Source: the human T2T-CHM13v2.0 reference genome, Homo sapiens
Assembly: GCF_009914755.1 (NCBI RefSeq)
Contig: NC_060947.1
Length of the DNA stretch: 64,000 bases
Direction: 5' to 3' (one strand)
Part shown: one piece after another, positions 27,826 to 50,328 of the stretch
Position numbering within the stretch: the stretch's first letter is position 1
Layout of the letters: each line of letters begins with the position of its first letter
Made by a program: the position numbers and the translations under genes
The notes under the pieces: model-generated
Told to the model about the DNA's origin: nothing
The model's database searches: none
Seen by the model: only the letters and a program-made list of their open reading frames with translations

Positions 27826-28556
27826 GGCTGGACTTCCTTCCAGGGGCCCAGGGGAGACCCAGCCAGGCAGCCGGACACACAGGGCTGGGCTGGTAGTCGG
27901 GTCACACCTGAGGATGTGGAAGTGCCTGGGGTTCCCGGGAAGTGGAGGATGTCCTGGGCCACTGGGAGAGGCGGCACATCCCCTGGGGGGCGGAGGTGGG
28001 GGAGGTGAGAAGCCAGGCAGGGGCCAGGAAGTGGAAGCTTCAGGAGGATGTGTGCAGGTCAAAGTGTAGGAGTCTGCATCTTGAATGATGCAGAGAGGGC
28101 CTCCAAGGCTCCAGTGTGCTGCAGGTGGGCAGAGGGGGCATGGGAAGTAGGGGTTGGCCCTGGGCAGGGGTGGGGAGTGGGCCAGGCTGCCCAGCGGGGC
28201 TGAGCCTAGAGATGGAAGGGGCAGGGACAAAGATGTGCAGCTGCCAGTCCTTGGAAAAGCTGAACGCCTGGTACTTCAGAGAACAAAAGGGTGGTTCTGA
28301 AGGCTGCTCCCAGGACAGTGGGGCTCCGAGGGTGCAACCCCAAGGCTCACTCCTCCCAGTGCCCCCAACGCGGCTCAGTCCTGTGTCTCTGCCTGTAGAG
28401 TTTCTTTGTTCCCTCTTCCTTCCTGGTGTTTTTCTCTCCCGCTCTCCAAATGCATAGGAGAAGTAATTTGAAGTATCTCCAGAAAAAAAAAGAGAAAAAG
28501 AAAAAGAATTGATTTCTTGTACTCCTAAATCCTAAAAGTGTTTTTCTCGTTGCTAG

Positions 28557-28672
28557 AGATATTAACTCCACCCAACATGACTGCAAAGTGTAATAAGACA
28601 CATTCCTTTATGCACTGGAAAATGAGAAGTCATTTCAATCGCAAATTTCGCTATGAGCTTCAGATACAAAAG
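28557..28672 (+). CDS. IL3RA: IL3RA exon 7 (EILTPPNMTAKCNKTHSFMHWKMRSHFNRKFRYELQIQK)
   Basis: gctag|AGAT acceptor, AAG|GTAAAC donor; 116 nt; FnIII PP..W..Y pattern. Confidence 0.96.
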
Positions 28673-28917
28673 GTAAACTTTCACCCCGCCCCCAGCCCCC
28701 CCACCCCCGTGGACATCCCTTATTTTTGGTAAGTCGCACTCTGGGGCCTTGAAACGGGCAACAATCTCCTCTGATAACGTCACAGAAGGCATGGATCATT
28801 AAAAAACAAAAACAAAAACAAAAGGCCGGGCGCTGTGGCTCACGCCTGTCATCCCAGCACTTTGGGAGGCTGAGGCAGGTGGATCACAAGGTCAGGAGAT
28901 CGAGACCATCCTGGCTA

Positions 28918-29224
<307 letters not shown>

Positions 29225-29352
29225 CTACAGATTCAATGCAAGCTTCCCAGATATTTTTGATCCACAGTTCGTTGGATCAGTTGAACATAAATATTGATTT
29301 ATTTATTGAGCCACTCTGGCTCTGTAGCCCAGACTGGAGTGCAGTGGCTTAA

Positions 29353-29602
<250 letters not shown>

Positions 29603-30250
29603 TAGTTTGTATTTTATTTTATTGTATTTTATTATTTATTTATTTATTTTTGAGACGGAGTCCTGCTCTGTCACCCAAGCTGTTTGTTTGTTTGTTTGTT
29701 TGTTTATTATTTTTGAGACGGAGTCCTGCTCTGTTGCCCAGGCTGGGGTGCAGTGGCATGATCTCAGCTCACTGTAACCTCCGCCTCTCGGGTTCAACCA
29801 ATTCTCAGCTTCAGCCTCCTGAGTAGCTGGAATTACAGGCACCTGCCACCATGCCTGGCTAATTTTTTTTTGTATTTTTAGTAGAGATGGGGTTTCACCA
29901 TCTTGTCCCGGCTGGTCTTGAACTCCTGACCTCATGATCCACCCGCCTCAGCTTCCCAAAGTGCTGGGATTACAGGCGTGAGGCACTGTGCCCCGCCATA
30001 TATTTATTATTTATGCTCAAATACTAATTATTTCATATGCAATTTTTCTGTAAGTCTAAATCTGCTAAAAAACGTTAGGTCTATTAATTTCTTTTATATT
30101 ACCAAGTGTTTTTTAGCCAATCTGTTTGGGTTTTTTTTTTTTTTAAGAAAATAAATGGCTGGGTGCAGTAGCTTACGCCTGTAATCCCAGCACTTTGGGA
30201 GGCCGAGGCAGGACGATCACGAGGTCAGGAGATAGAGACCATCCTGGCTA

Positions 30251-30538
<288 letters not shown>

Positions 30539-30792
30539 CTAGTCTGATGTTGCACCCCCTACCTAGTTCGCTGGCCTGGCATAGGCTGTCTGTGGCTACC
30601 CCTGAGTGCATCTGGACACAGTCTGGGAGGACGGTGGGTCTTGTTTGTCCACCGGCCTCACAAAGCCCCCTCCCACCAAGGTCTTGCCACAGTGGCCCAT
30701 AAGAAACCTTTTGGGCCAGGCGCGATGGGGCATGCCTGTAATCCCAGCACTTTGGGAGGCCGAGGTGGGCAGATCATGAGGTCAAGAGATCA

Positions 30793-31023
<231 letters not shown>

Positions 31024-31196
31024 TCAGGTGCTATTTACTCCTAAGCTCATTATTTTGCCCCCACTGCTGCCCGAAGGCCTTCCCAGAGCCCTCACTGTTT
31101 TGCTGGTTTTCCTGGAGGGAGAAATTTGAGTTTGGGAGGAGGAGGCTTTCAGGGACGGTCCAGACACTCAAAAGTTTGCTTGCTTTTGTGTTGCAG

Positions 31197-31223
31197 AGAA
31201 TGCAGCCTGTAATCACAGAACAG
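31197..31223 (+). CDS. IL3RA: IL3RA exon 8, 27-nt micro-exon (RMQPVITEQ)
   Basis: ttgcag|AGAA acceptor, CAG|GTGAGT donor; phase 0/0; needed to reach the 378-aa product. Confidence 0.93.
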
Positions 31224-31729
31224 GTGAGTGTTCCCTACCCCCAGCCGCTGTACTTGACATTGCAAAGGGTGAGTTTTATTATTATTAAGAATAAAATGAT
31301 AAAAAATATTAATAATTCTTATTAATAAAATAATGAAAATATTATTAATAATAAATGTTATTATTCAATGTTCAGTGACTTTCATTGGACAGACTCTTGA
31401 GTGTCACCCTTACTGCGATCTTGCAAAATTGGGATATTTCACATCCCCAAATTGAGGGATGGGAAAAGGAAGAGTCAGGGATGACACCTCCCAAGGTGTG
31501 AGAGCCAGATGCTATGGCTGGCCAGGTGCTGTCCAAACGAGGTCCACCCATTTGCCCCAGATTCCTTACCCTGGGCCAGGCAGCCCCAGTCCAGCAGGAA
31601 CAAGCTACCAAACCATAGCTCCACCCAGCAGAGACAAGCATTCAGACAGGTGGCCCAGACCTCAGACAGAGGACCCTCCCCCAGCCCCTGCCTGGGATCT
31701 GCAGGAACAGACAGCCGGACCACAGCATT

Positions 31730-33620
<1,891 letters not shown>

Positions 33621-33623
33621 CCC

Positions 33624-35930
<2,307 letters not shown>

Positions 35931-36335
35931 GCTATTTCATCATAAGGCCCCACTGTAAGGAGCTGGGGGCTAAGACTGCAACATATGAATTTTGGGGGAT
36001 CACAATGCAGACTCATTCTTTTGTACCCATCAAATATGAATGGTCTTTTCTTCTACTTTTTTGTTTGGTTTTTAATTTCAGACAGGCTCTCACTCTGTCA
36101 CCCACGCTAGAGTGCAGTGGCACAGTCACGGCTCACTGCAATCTCTGCCTCCTGGGCTCAAGGGATCCTCCTGCCTCAGCCCCCCAAGTAGCTGAAACTA
36201 CAGGCGTTTGCCACCAGGTCAGCTCATTTAAAAAAAAATTTGGCTGGGCGCGGTGGCTCACGCTGGTAATCCCAGCCCTTTGGGAGGCCGAGGCGGGTGG
36301 ATCATGAGGTCAGGAAATCAAGACCATCCTGGCTA

Positions 36336-36894
<559 letters not shown>

Positions 36895-37479
36895 TCAAAC
36901 TCCTAAGCTCGAGGTATCCCCCCACCTCAGCCTCCCTGGTAGCTGGGACCAAAGACATGTGTCACCACGTCTGGTAATTTTTACAGTTTTTTTTTTTTTG
37001 GTAAAGATGGGGTCTTGCTATGTTGCCCAGGCTGGTGTCAAACTCCTGGGCTTAAGGAATTCTCCCACCTCAGCCTCCAAAAGTGCTGTGGTGAGAGGCA
37101 TAAACCGTAGCACCCAGCCCCTCTTTTCTTCTTTTATTATTTTATTTATTTATTTATTTATTTATTTAGAGACAGAGTCTCACTCTGTTGCCCAGGCTGC
37201 AGTGCAGTGGTGCCATCTCGCCTCACTGCAACCTCCACCTCTCAGGTTTAAGCTATTCTCCTGCCTCAGCCTCCTGAGTAGCTGGGATTACAGGTGCCTG
37301 CCACCATGCCAGGCTAATTTTTGTATTTTTAGTAGAGACAGGGTTTCACCATGTTGGCCAGGCTGGTCTCGAACTCCTGACCTCAGGTGATCCACCTGCC
37401 TTGGCCTCCCTAAGTGCCCAGGTGAGAGTCATGAGCCACCATACCTGGCCCCTCTTCTTTATTTTCTTTCAAACCACAG

Positions 37480-37594
37480 GTCAGAGACAGAACCTCCTTC
37501 CAGCTACTCAATCCTGGAACGTACACAGTACAAATAAGAGCCCGGGAAAGAGTGTATGAATTCTTGAGCGCCTGGAGCACCCCCCAGCGCTTCG
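37480..37594 (+). CDS. IL3RA: IL3RA exon 9 ([38 protein letters not shown]), LSAWS variant of WSxWS
   Basis: cacag|GTCA acceptor, TCG|GTGAGT donor; 115 nt; ends in phase 1. Confidence 0.97.
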
Positions 37595-37605
37595 GTGAGT
37601 GGGCT

Positions 37606-40010
37606 GTGCGGGGTGCGCGGGGTGAGCGGGGTGAGCGGGGTGCGCGGGGTGAGCGGGGTGCGCGGGGTGAGCGGGGTGAGCGGGGTGAGCCGGGTGCGCG
37701 GGGTGAGCCGGCTGCGCGGGGTGAGCGGGGTGAGCGGGGTGAGCGGGGTGAGCGGGGTGAGCGGGGTGCGCGGGGTGAGCGGGGTGAGCGGGGTGCGCGG
37801 GGTGAGCGGGGTGAGCGGGGTGAGCCGGGTGCGCGCGGTGAGCGGGGTGAGCGGGGTGCGCGGGGTGAGCCGGGTGCGCGGGGTGAGCGGGGTGAGCCGG
37901 GTGCGCGGGGTGAGCGGGGTGCGCGGGGTGAGCCGGGTGAGCCGGGTGCGCGGGGTGAGCCGGGTGCGCGGGGTGAGCGGGGTGCGCGGGGTGAGCGGGG
38001 TGCGCGGGGTGAGCCGGGTGCGCGGGGTGAGCGGGGTGCGCGGGGTGAGCGGGGTGCGCGGGGTGAGCCGGGTGCGCGGGGTGAGCGGGGTGAGCGGGGT
38101 GAGCCGGGTGCCCCGGGTGAGCGGGGTGCGCGGGGTGAGCCCGGTGAGCCGGGTGCGCGGGGTGAGCCGGGTGCGCGGGGTGAGCGGGGTGAGCGGGGTG
38201 CGCGGGGTGAGCCGGGTGCGCGGGGTGAGCCGGGTGAGCGGGGTGAGCGGGGTGCGCGGTGCGCGGGGTGAGCGGGGTGAGCGGGGTGCGCGGGGTGAGC
38301 CGGGTGCGCGGGGTGCGCGGGGTGAGCCGGGTGCGCGGGGTGAGCGGGGTGAGCCGGGTGCCCCGGGTGAGCGGGGTGCGCGGGGTGAGCCGGGTGCGCG
38401 GGGTGAGCGGGGTGCGCGGGGTGAGCGGGGTGCGCGGGGTGCGCGGCGTGAGCCGGGTGCGCGGGGTGCGCGGGGTGAGCGGGGTGCGCGGGGTGAGCGG
38501 GGTGCGCGGGGGTGCGCGGCGTGAGCCGGGTGCGCGGGGTGAGCGGGGTGCGCGGGGTGAGCGGGGTGCGCGGGGTGAGCCGGGTGCGCGGGGTGAGCGG
38601 GGTGCGCGGGGTGAGCCGGGTGAGCCGGGTGCGCGGGGTGAGCGGGGTGCGCGGGGTGAGCCGGGTGAGCCGGGTGCGCGGGGTGAGCCGGGTGCGCGGG
38701 GTGAGCGGGGTGCGCGGGGTGAGCGGGGTGCGCGGGGTGAGCCGGGTGCGCGGGGTGAGCGGGGTGCGCGGGGTGAGCGGGGTGCGCGGGGTGAGCGGGG
38801 TGAGCGGGGTGAGCCGGGTGCCCCGGGTGAGCGGGGTGCGCGGGGTGAGCCCGGTGAGCCGGGTGCGCGGGGTGAGCCGGGTGCGCGGGGTGAGCGGGGT
38901 GAGCGGGGTGCGCGGGGTGAGCCGGGTGCGCGGGGTGAGCCGGGTGCGCGGGGTGAGCGGGGTGAGCGGGGTGCGCGGTGCGCGGGGTGAGCGGGGTGCG
39001 CGGGGTGAGCCGGGTGCGCGGGGTGAGCGGGGTGAGCCGGGTGCCCCGGGTGAGCGGGGTGCGCGGGGTGAGCCGGGTGCGCGGGGTGAGCGGGGTGCGC
39101 GGGGTGCGCGGCGTGAGCCGGGTGCGCGGGGTGCGCGGGGTGAGCGGGGTGCGCGGGGTGCGCGGGGTGAGCGGGGTGCGCGGGGTGCGCGGCGTGAGCC
39201 GGGTGCGCGGGGTGAGCGGGGTGCGCGGGGTGAGCGGGGTGCGCGGGGTGAGCCGGGTGCGCGGGGTGAGCGGGGTGCGCGGGGTGAGCCGGGTGCGCGG
39301 GGTGAGCGGGGTGCGCCGGGTGAGCGGGGTGAGCGGGGTGAGCCGGGTGCGCGGGGTGCGCGGGGTGCGCGGGGTGCGCCGGGTGCGCGGGGTGAGCCGG
39401 GTGCGCGGGGTGAGCGGGGTGCGCGGGGTGAGCGGGGTGCGCGGGGTGCGCGGGGTGAGCCGGGTGCGCGGGTTGAGCGGGGTGAGCCGGGTGCGCGGGG
39501 TGAGCGGGGTGCGCGGGGTGAGCCGGGTGAGCGGGGTGCGCGGGGTGAGCCGGGTGCGCGGGGTGAGCGGGGTGCGCGGGGTGAGCCGGGTGCGCGGGGT
39601 GCGCGGGGTGAGCCGGGTGCGCGGGGTGAGCGGGGTGCGCGGGGTGAGCGGGGTGCGCGGGGTGAGCCGGGTGCGCGGGGTGAGCCGGGTGCGCGGGGTG
39701 CGCGGGGTGCGCGGCGTGAGCCGGGTGCGCGGGGTGCGCCGGGTGAGCGGGGTGAGCGGGGTGAGCCGGGTGCGCGGGGTGAGCGGGGTGCGCGGGGTGA
39801 GCGGGGTGCGCCGGGTGAGCCGGGTGCGCGGGGTGAGCCGGGTGCGCGGGGTGAGCGGGGTGCGCGGGGTGAGCCGGGTGCGCGGGGTGAGCGGGGTGCG
39901 CCGGGTGAGCGGGGTGCGCGGGGTGAGCGGGGTGCGCCGGGTGAGCGGGGTGCGCGGGCTGAGCGGGGTGCGCCGGGTGAGCGGGGTGCGCGGGGTGAGC
40001 GGGGTGCGCC
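37606..40010. repeat. ~2.4 kb GC-rich 9-bp minisatellite (~265 units of GGGGTGAGC / GGGGTGCGC / CGGGTGCGC) in IL3RA intron 9
   Basis: Directly visible; begins ~12 nt after the exon 9 donor. Confidence 0.97.
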
Positions 40011-40245
40011 ATCCTGGGTCACGGAAACACTCCTCTCCTGCAAAGGAGAGGAGATTCACTCCCCCAGTTTCTGTGACCCCAAAAAGGACCCTGAACCCGA
40101 CGGTGAACTCACAGCTTGCTCTTACTCACGAGAGGAGACGTGGAGGGGAAACAAGGTCGTCCCACTGACAGACACCCCCTGGGCCTTGTAATAAAGACCG
40201 AGGCGGGCGGATCACAAGGTCAGGAGATCGAGACCATCCCGGCTA

Positions 40246-40536
<291 letters not shown>

Positions 40537-40684
40537 TCACCTGAGGTCAGGAGTTCGAGACCAGCCTGACCAACATGGAAAAACCCTGTCTCTACTAAAA
40601 ATAGAAAAATTAGGTCAGGTGCTGTGGCTTAAGCCTGTAACCTCAGCTACCAGGGAGGCTGAGGCAGGAGAATCGCTTGAATTG

Positions 40685-43020
<2,336 letters not shown>

Positions 43021-43640
43021 TGAGTAGCTGGGATGACAGGCGCCCGCCACCACACCCGGCTACTGTTTGTATTTTTATTAGAGACGGGCTTTCTGGCCAT
43101 GTTGGCCAGGCTGGTCTCATACTCCCGACCTCAGGTGATCCGCCCGCCTTGGCCTCCCAAAGCGCTGGGATTACAGGCGTGAGCCACCGCGCCCGGCCAA
43201 ATTCCTTTTTTCTGAAGCCACCAAGCTGTGGGACTTTTTTATGGCAGTCCCAGCAGACAGATCCACCCTCGTTCCAAATAAGGTTATCGTCATAGGTTCT
43301 GGGGGTGAGGTCATAGATGTATGTTTTTTTTTTTTTTTGGAGAGAGAGTCTCTCTCTATTGCCCAGGCTGGAGGGCAGTGGCGCGATCACGGCTCACTGT
43401 AGCCTCGACCTCCTGGGCTCAAGCGATCCTCTCGGGAGGCTAAGAGAGGAGAATCGTTTGAATCCGGGAGGCAGAGGTTGCAGTGAGCTGAGATAGCACC
43501 ACAGCACTGCAGAGCGAGACTCTGTCTCAAAAAAAAAAAAAAGAAAAAAGAAAAAAAATAGGCCGGGTGCGTGGCTGACGCCTGTAATCCCAGCACTTTG
43601 GGAGGCTGAGGCGGGTGGATCACTTGAGGTCAGGAGTTCA

Positions 43641-44757
<1,117 letters not shown>

Positions 44758-44782
44758 TAAAGTGCTGGGATTACAGGCGTAA

Positions 44783-45181
<399 letters not shown>

Positions 45182-45275
45182 TAGAGCCAAAGCTGAGGGC
45201 TCTGGTGGGACCAAGGGTGTCCCCAGGGTGGAGGAAGCAGGGCCGGTCCTCCCCTGCCCTGCCCAGCGGGCCTGA

Positions 45276-45731
<456 letters not shown>

Positions 45732-46059
45732 TAGAGACGGAGTTTCTCCGTGTTGATCAGGCTGGTCTTGAACTCCTCACCTCAGTTGATCTGCCCGCCT
45801 GGGCCTCCCAAAGTGCTGGGATGACAGGCGTGTGCCACCATGCCCAGATAATTTTGTATTTTTAGTAGAGATGGAGTTTCTCCATGTTGGTCAGGCTGTT
45901 CTCGAACTCCTGACCTCAGTTGATCTGCCCGCCTGGGCCTCCCAAAGTGCTGGCATTACAGGCTTGAGCCACCATGACCAGCCAGGCCCTGTTTCCTTCC
46001 TGCTGGGCATCAGAGCTTCACAATCTGTCAAATGGGTGCCATGGTGACTTCTGTCTCCC

Positions 46060-46365
46060 GGGGGAAGGGGGAAAAGGGGAGGGGGAGGGGGAAGGGGAAG
46101 AGGGGGGAGGAGGGGGGAAGGGAGGAGGGGGAAGGGAGGGGGGAAAGGAGGGGGAAGGGAGGAGGGGGAAGGGAAGAGGGGGAGGAGGGGGAAGGGGAGG
46201 AGGAGGAGGGGGAGGAGAGGCGAGGGGGAGGGTGGGGGAGGGGGAAGGGGGAGGAGGAGAGGGGAGGATGAGTGGGGAGGGGGAAGGAGGGAGAGGGGGA
46301 GGGGGAGAGGGAGGGGTAGGGGGGAAGGGGTGGAGGAGGGAGGAAAAGGGGGAGGAAGAGGGGGA
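46060..46365. repeat. G-rich polypurine tract (G-quadruplex/H-DNA prone)
   Basis: Dense GGGG/GGGGG runs ~310 nt upstream of exon 11. Confidence 0.88.
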
Positions 46366-46678
46366 CGAGGCCCTTCCTGCAAGCTGTCTCAGGTCGTAAA
46401 CTCAGTGACCTGAGGCACCAGGGGTCTGTCTTTGCAGCTGCACCCCTGGGTGGCTCCGGTACCAGCGCCCTACTCCTTTAATTAGACACCAGCGCCTGCC
46501 TATGATGATGGTCGGGGGCGTGTCAGGGCCTCAGGGGCCGGGAAAATAGAGACCCCTCGAGTAGATGACTTGAGTCTTTTGCTCTGTCCTGGCACTGTCT
46601 GTCCTGGACACGCTGTGTCCCAGATGATGAGCTGGTCGGTTTTGGGTTCAGAGCTGGGCCATTTCTCTTTCCTCCGAG

Positions 46679-46760
46679 GTATCTGGTGATGCAGAGACTC
46701 TTTCCCCGCATCCCTCACATGAAAGACCCCATCGGTGACAGCTTCCAAAACGACAAGCTG
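46679..46760 (+). CDS. IL3RA: IL3RA exon 11, Box1-like motif (YLVMQRLFPRIPHMKDPIGDSFQNDKL)
   Basis: ccgag|GTAT acceptor (GAG type), CTG|GTATGT donor; 82 nt; LFPRIP motif. Confidence 0.95.
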
Positions 46761-47471
46761 GTATGTTGTTTTTTCTGCCTTGGGACGGGTCTGGAGGCGT
46801 GGTGGCCACTTTGGGAGGCCCAGGCGGGCGGACCACTTGAGGCCAGGAACTGGAGACCAGCCTGGCCAACATGGAGAAACTCCGTGTCTACTAAAAATAC
46901 AAAATTAGCCGGGTGTGGTGGCGGGCGCCTGTAATCCCAGCTACTCGGGAGGCGGATCACTTGAACCCGGGAGGTGGAGGCTGCAGTGAACTACGATCGA
47001 GCCACTGCACTCCATCTGGGCGACAAGAGTGAAATGGCCTGGACTAGGAGGCTGGACACCTGTCTGCTGGCGCTGGTGGGCGGCTGGGAAAAGCTGCAGG
47101 ATGAAGGGAGTGGGGGGACACTGGGCTCCCAGCCCACCGTGATCACGGGCCGTCTCCGCACCCTGCACACCAGAGCAGAGCAGATTTTTTTTTTTTTTTT
47201 TAGATGGAGTTTTGCTCTTGTTGCCCAGGCTAGAGTGCAATGGTGCGATCTTGGCTCACCACAACCTCCACCTTCCCAGTCCAAGGTTCAAGCGATTGTC
47301 CTGCCTCAGCCTCCCGAGTAGCTGGGACTACAGGCACGCACCGACACGCCCAGCTAATTTTGTATTTTTAGTAGAGACGGGGTTTCACCATGTTGGCCAG
47401 GATGGTCTCGATCTCCTGACCTTGTGATCCCCCTGCCTCGGCCTCCCAAAGTGCTGGGATTACAGGCATGA

Positions 47472-47687
<216 letters not shown>

Positions 47688-48036
47688 TGAAGGTTCAAGC
47701 GATTCTCCTGCCTCAGCCTCCCAAGTAGCTGGGACTACAGGCATGCACCAACACACCCAGCTAATTCTGCATTTTTAGTAGAGAAGGGGTTTCACCATGT
47801 TGGCCAGGATGGTCTGGATCTCCTGACCTTATGGTCCGCTCGCCTCGGCCTCCCAAAGTGCTGGGATTACAGGTGTGACCCACCGCGCCTGGCCCAAAGT
47901 GCTGGGATGACAGGCGTGAGACACCATGCCTGGCCCACAGAGCAGATCTGAGATGGGACAGGCCCCCGCAGATCAGGACGTGGGCTCTGTTATCTGGGGG
48001 GTGGCCGACTCACCCTGCCTCCTCTCGTCTCTGCAG

Positions 48037-48111
48037 GTGGTCTGGGAGGCGGGCAAAGCCGGCCTGGAGGAGTGTCTGGTGACTGAAGTACAGGTCGTGC
48101 AGAAAACTTGA
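48037..48111 (+). CDS. IL3RA: IL3RA exon 12 coding part (VVWEAGKAGLEECLVTEVQVVQKT-stop)
   Basis: ctgcag|GTGG acceptor; TGA 48109-48111; total CDS 1137 nt = 378 aa. Confidence 0.97.
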   Translation: MVWEAGKAGLEECLVTEVQVVQKT

Positions 48112-48306
48112 GACTGGGGTTCAGGGCTTGTGGGGGTCTGCCTCAATCTCCCTGGCCGGGCCAGGCGCCTGCACAGACTGGCTGCTGGACCTGCGCACGC
48201 AGCCCAGGAATGGACATTCCTAACGGGTGGTGGGCATGGGAGATGCCTGTGTAATTTCGTCCGAAGCTGCCAGGAAGAAGAACAGAACTTTGTGTGTTTA
48301 TTTCAT

Positions 48307-48835
<529 letters not shown>

Positions 48836-48896
48836 TAGTAGAGACGGGGTTTCACCATGTTGGCCAGGCTGGTCTGGAACTCTTGACCTCATGTGA

Positions 48897-49106
<210 letters not shown>

Positions 49107-49958
49107 TAGAGGTATGCACCATCATGCCTGGCTAACATTTATTTTTAGTAGAGACAGGGCTTCTCCATGTTGGTCAGGCTGGTCCTGAACTCCCGACCTC
49201 AGGTGATTCACCTGCCTCACCATCCCAAAGTGCTGGGATTACAGAGGTAAACCACTGAGCCCAACTGGAACTGTGATTTTGATAGTACCCACAAGGCAGG
49301 ATTCTCTTAAAAACAGCTATGCCACCATGTATTACTGTCTATGAAGTTATCTCCAACACTCAGCTTGCTGAGAGCCTCAGCATTTCAAGATTGTGCAGGA
49401 CTGGCCAGGCACAGTGACTCATGCCTGTCATCCCAGCACTTTGGGAGGCCGAGGCGGGCGGATCACGAGGTCAGGAGATTGAGACCAGCCTGGCTGACAC
49501 GGTGAAACCCTTGTCTCTACTAAATACACAAAAAAAATTACCGGGCTGTGGTGGCAGGCGCCTGTAGTCCCAGCTACTCAGGAGGCTGAGGCAGAGAATG
49601 GCGTGAACCCGGGAGGTGGAGCTTGCAGTGAGCTGAGATTGCGCCACAGCACTCCAGCCTGGGTGACAGAGTGAGACTCTGTCTCAAAAACAAAAAAACA
49701 AAATTAGCCGGGCATGGTGGCGGGCACCTGTAATCCCAGCTACGTGGGAAGCTGAGGCAGAATGGCTTGAACCTCGGAGATGGAAGTAGAGTTGAGCCGT
49801 TACCACACCATTGCAGTCCTGCCTGGGTGACAAGAGACTCCATCTCAAAGAAAAAAAAAAATCAAGGAGTAAACTTGTTGGTCTTTGAATTGTAACTTTG
49901 GAGAACCTCCCCGCCACTACCGAATTCCCCAAAGTCCAGTGTACCATGTAGGATTTCA

Positions 49959-50328
<370 letters not shown>

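Noticed and set aside
26607-28230. Long Pro/Ser/Leu- or Glu/Gly/Arg-rich ORFs
   Set aside because: Translation of a polypurine low-complexity tract in IL3RA intron 6.
37410-40059. Three 830-880 aa minus-strand ORFs as real genes
   Set aside because: They result from a stop-free 9-bp repeat, with no exon structure or domain; kept only as a RAN-translation hypothesis.
38259-40191. An independent collagen gene or collagen pseudogene
   Set aside because: Only about four triplet types with uniform codons and no 54-bp exon pattern or propeptide/C1q domain; it is a minisatellite, relevant only as a possible IL3RA extension.
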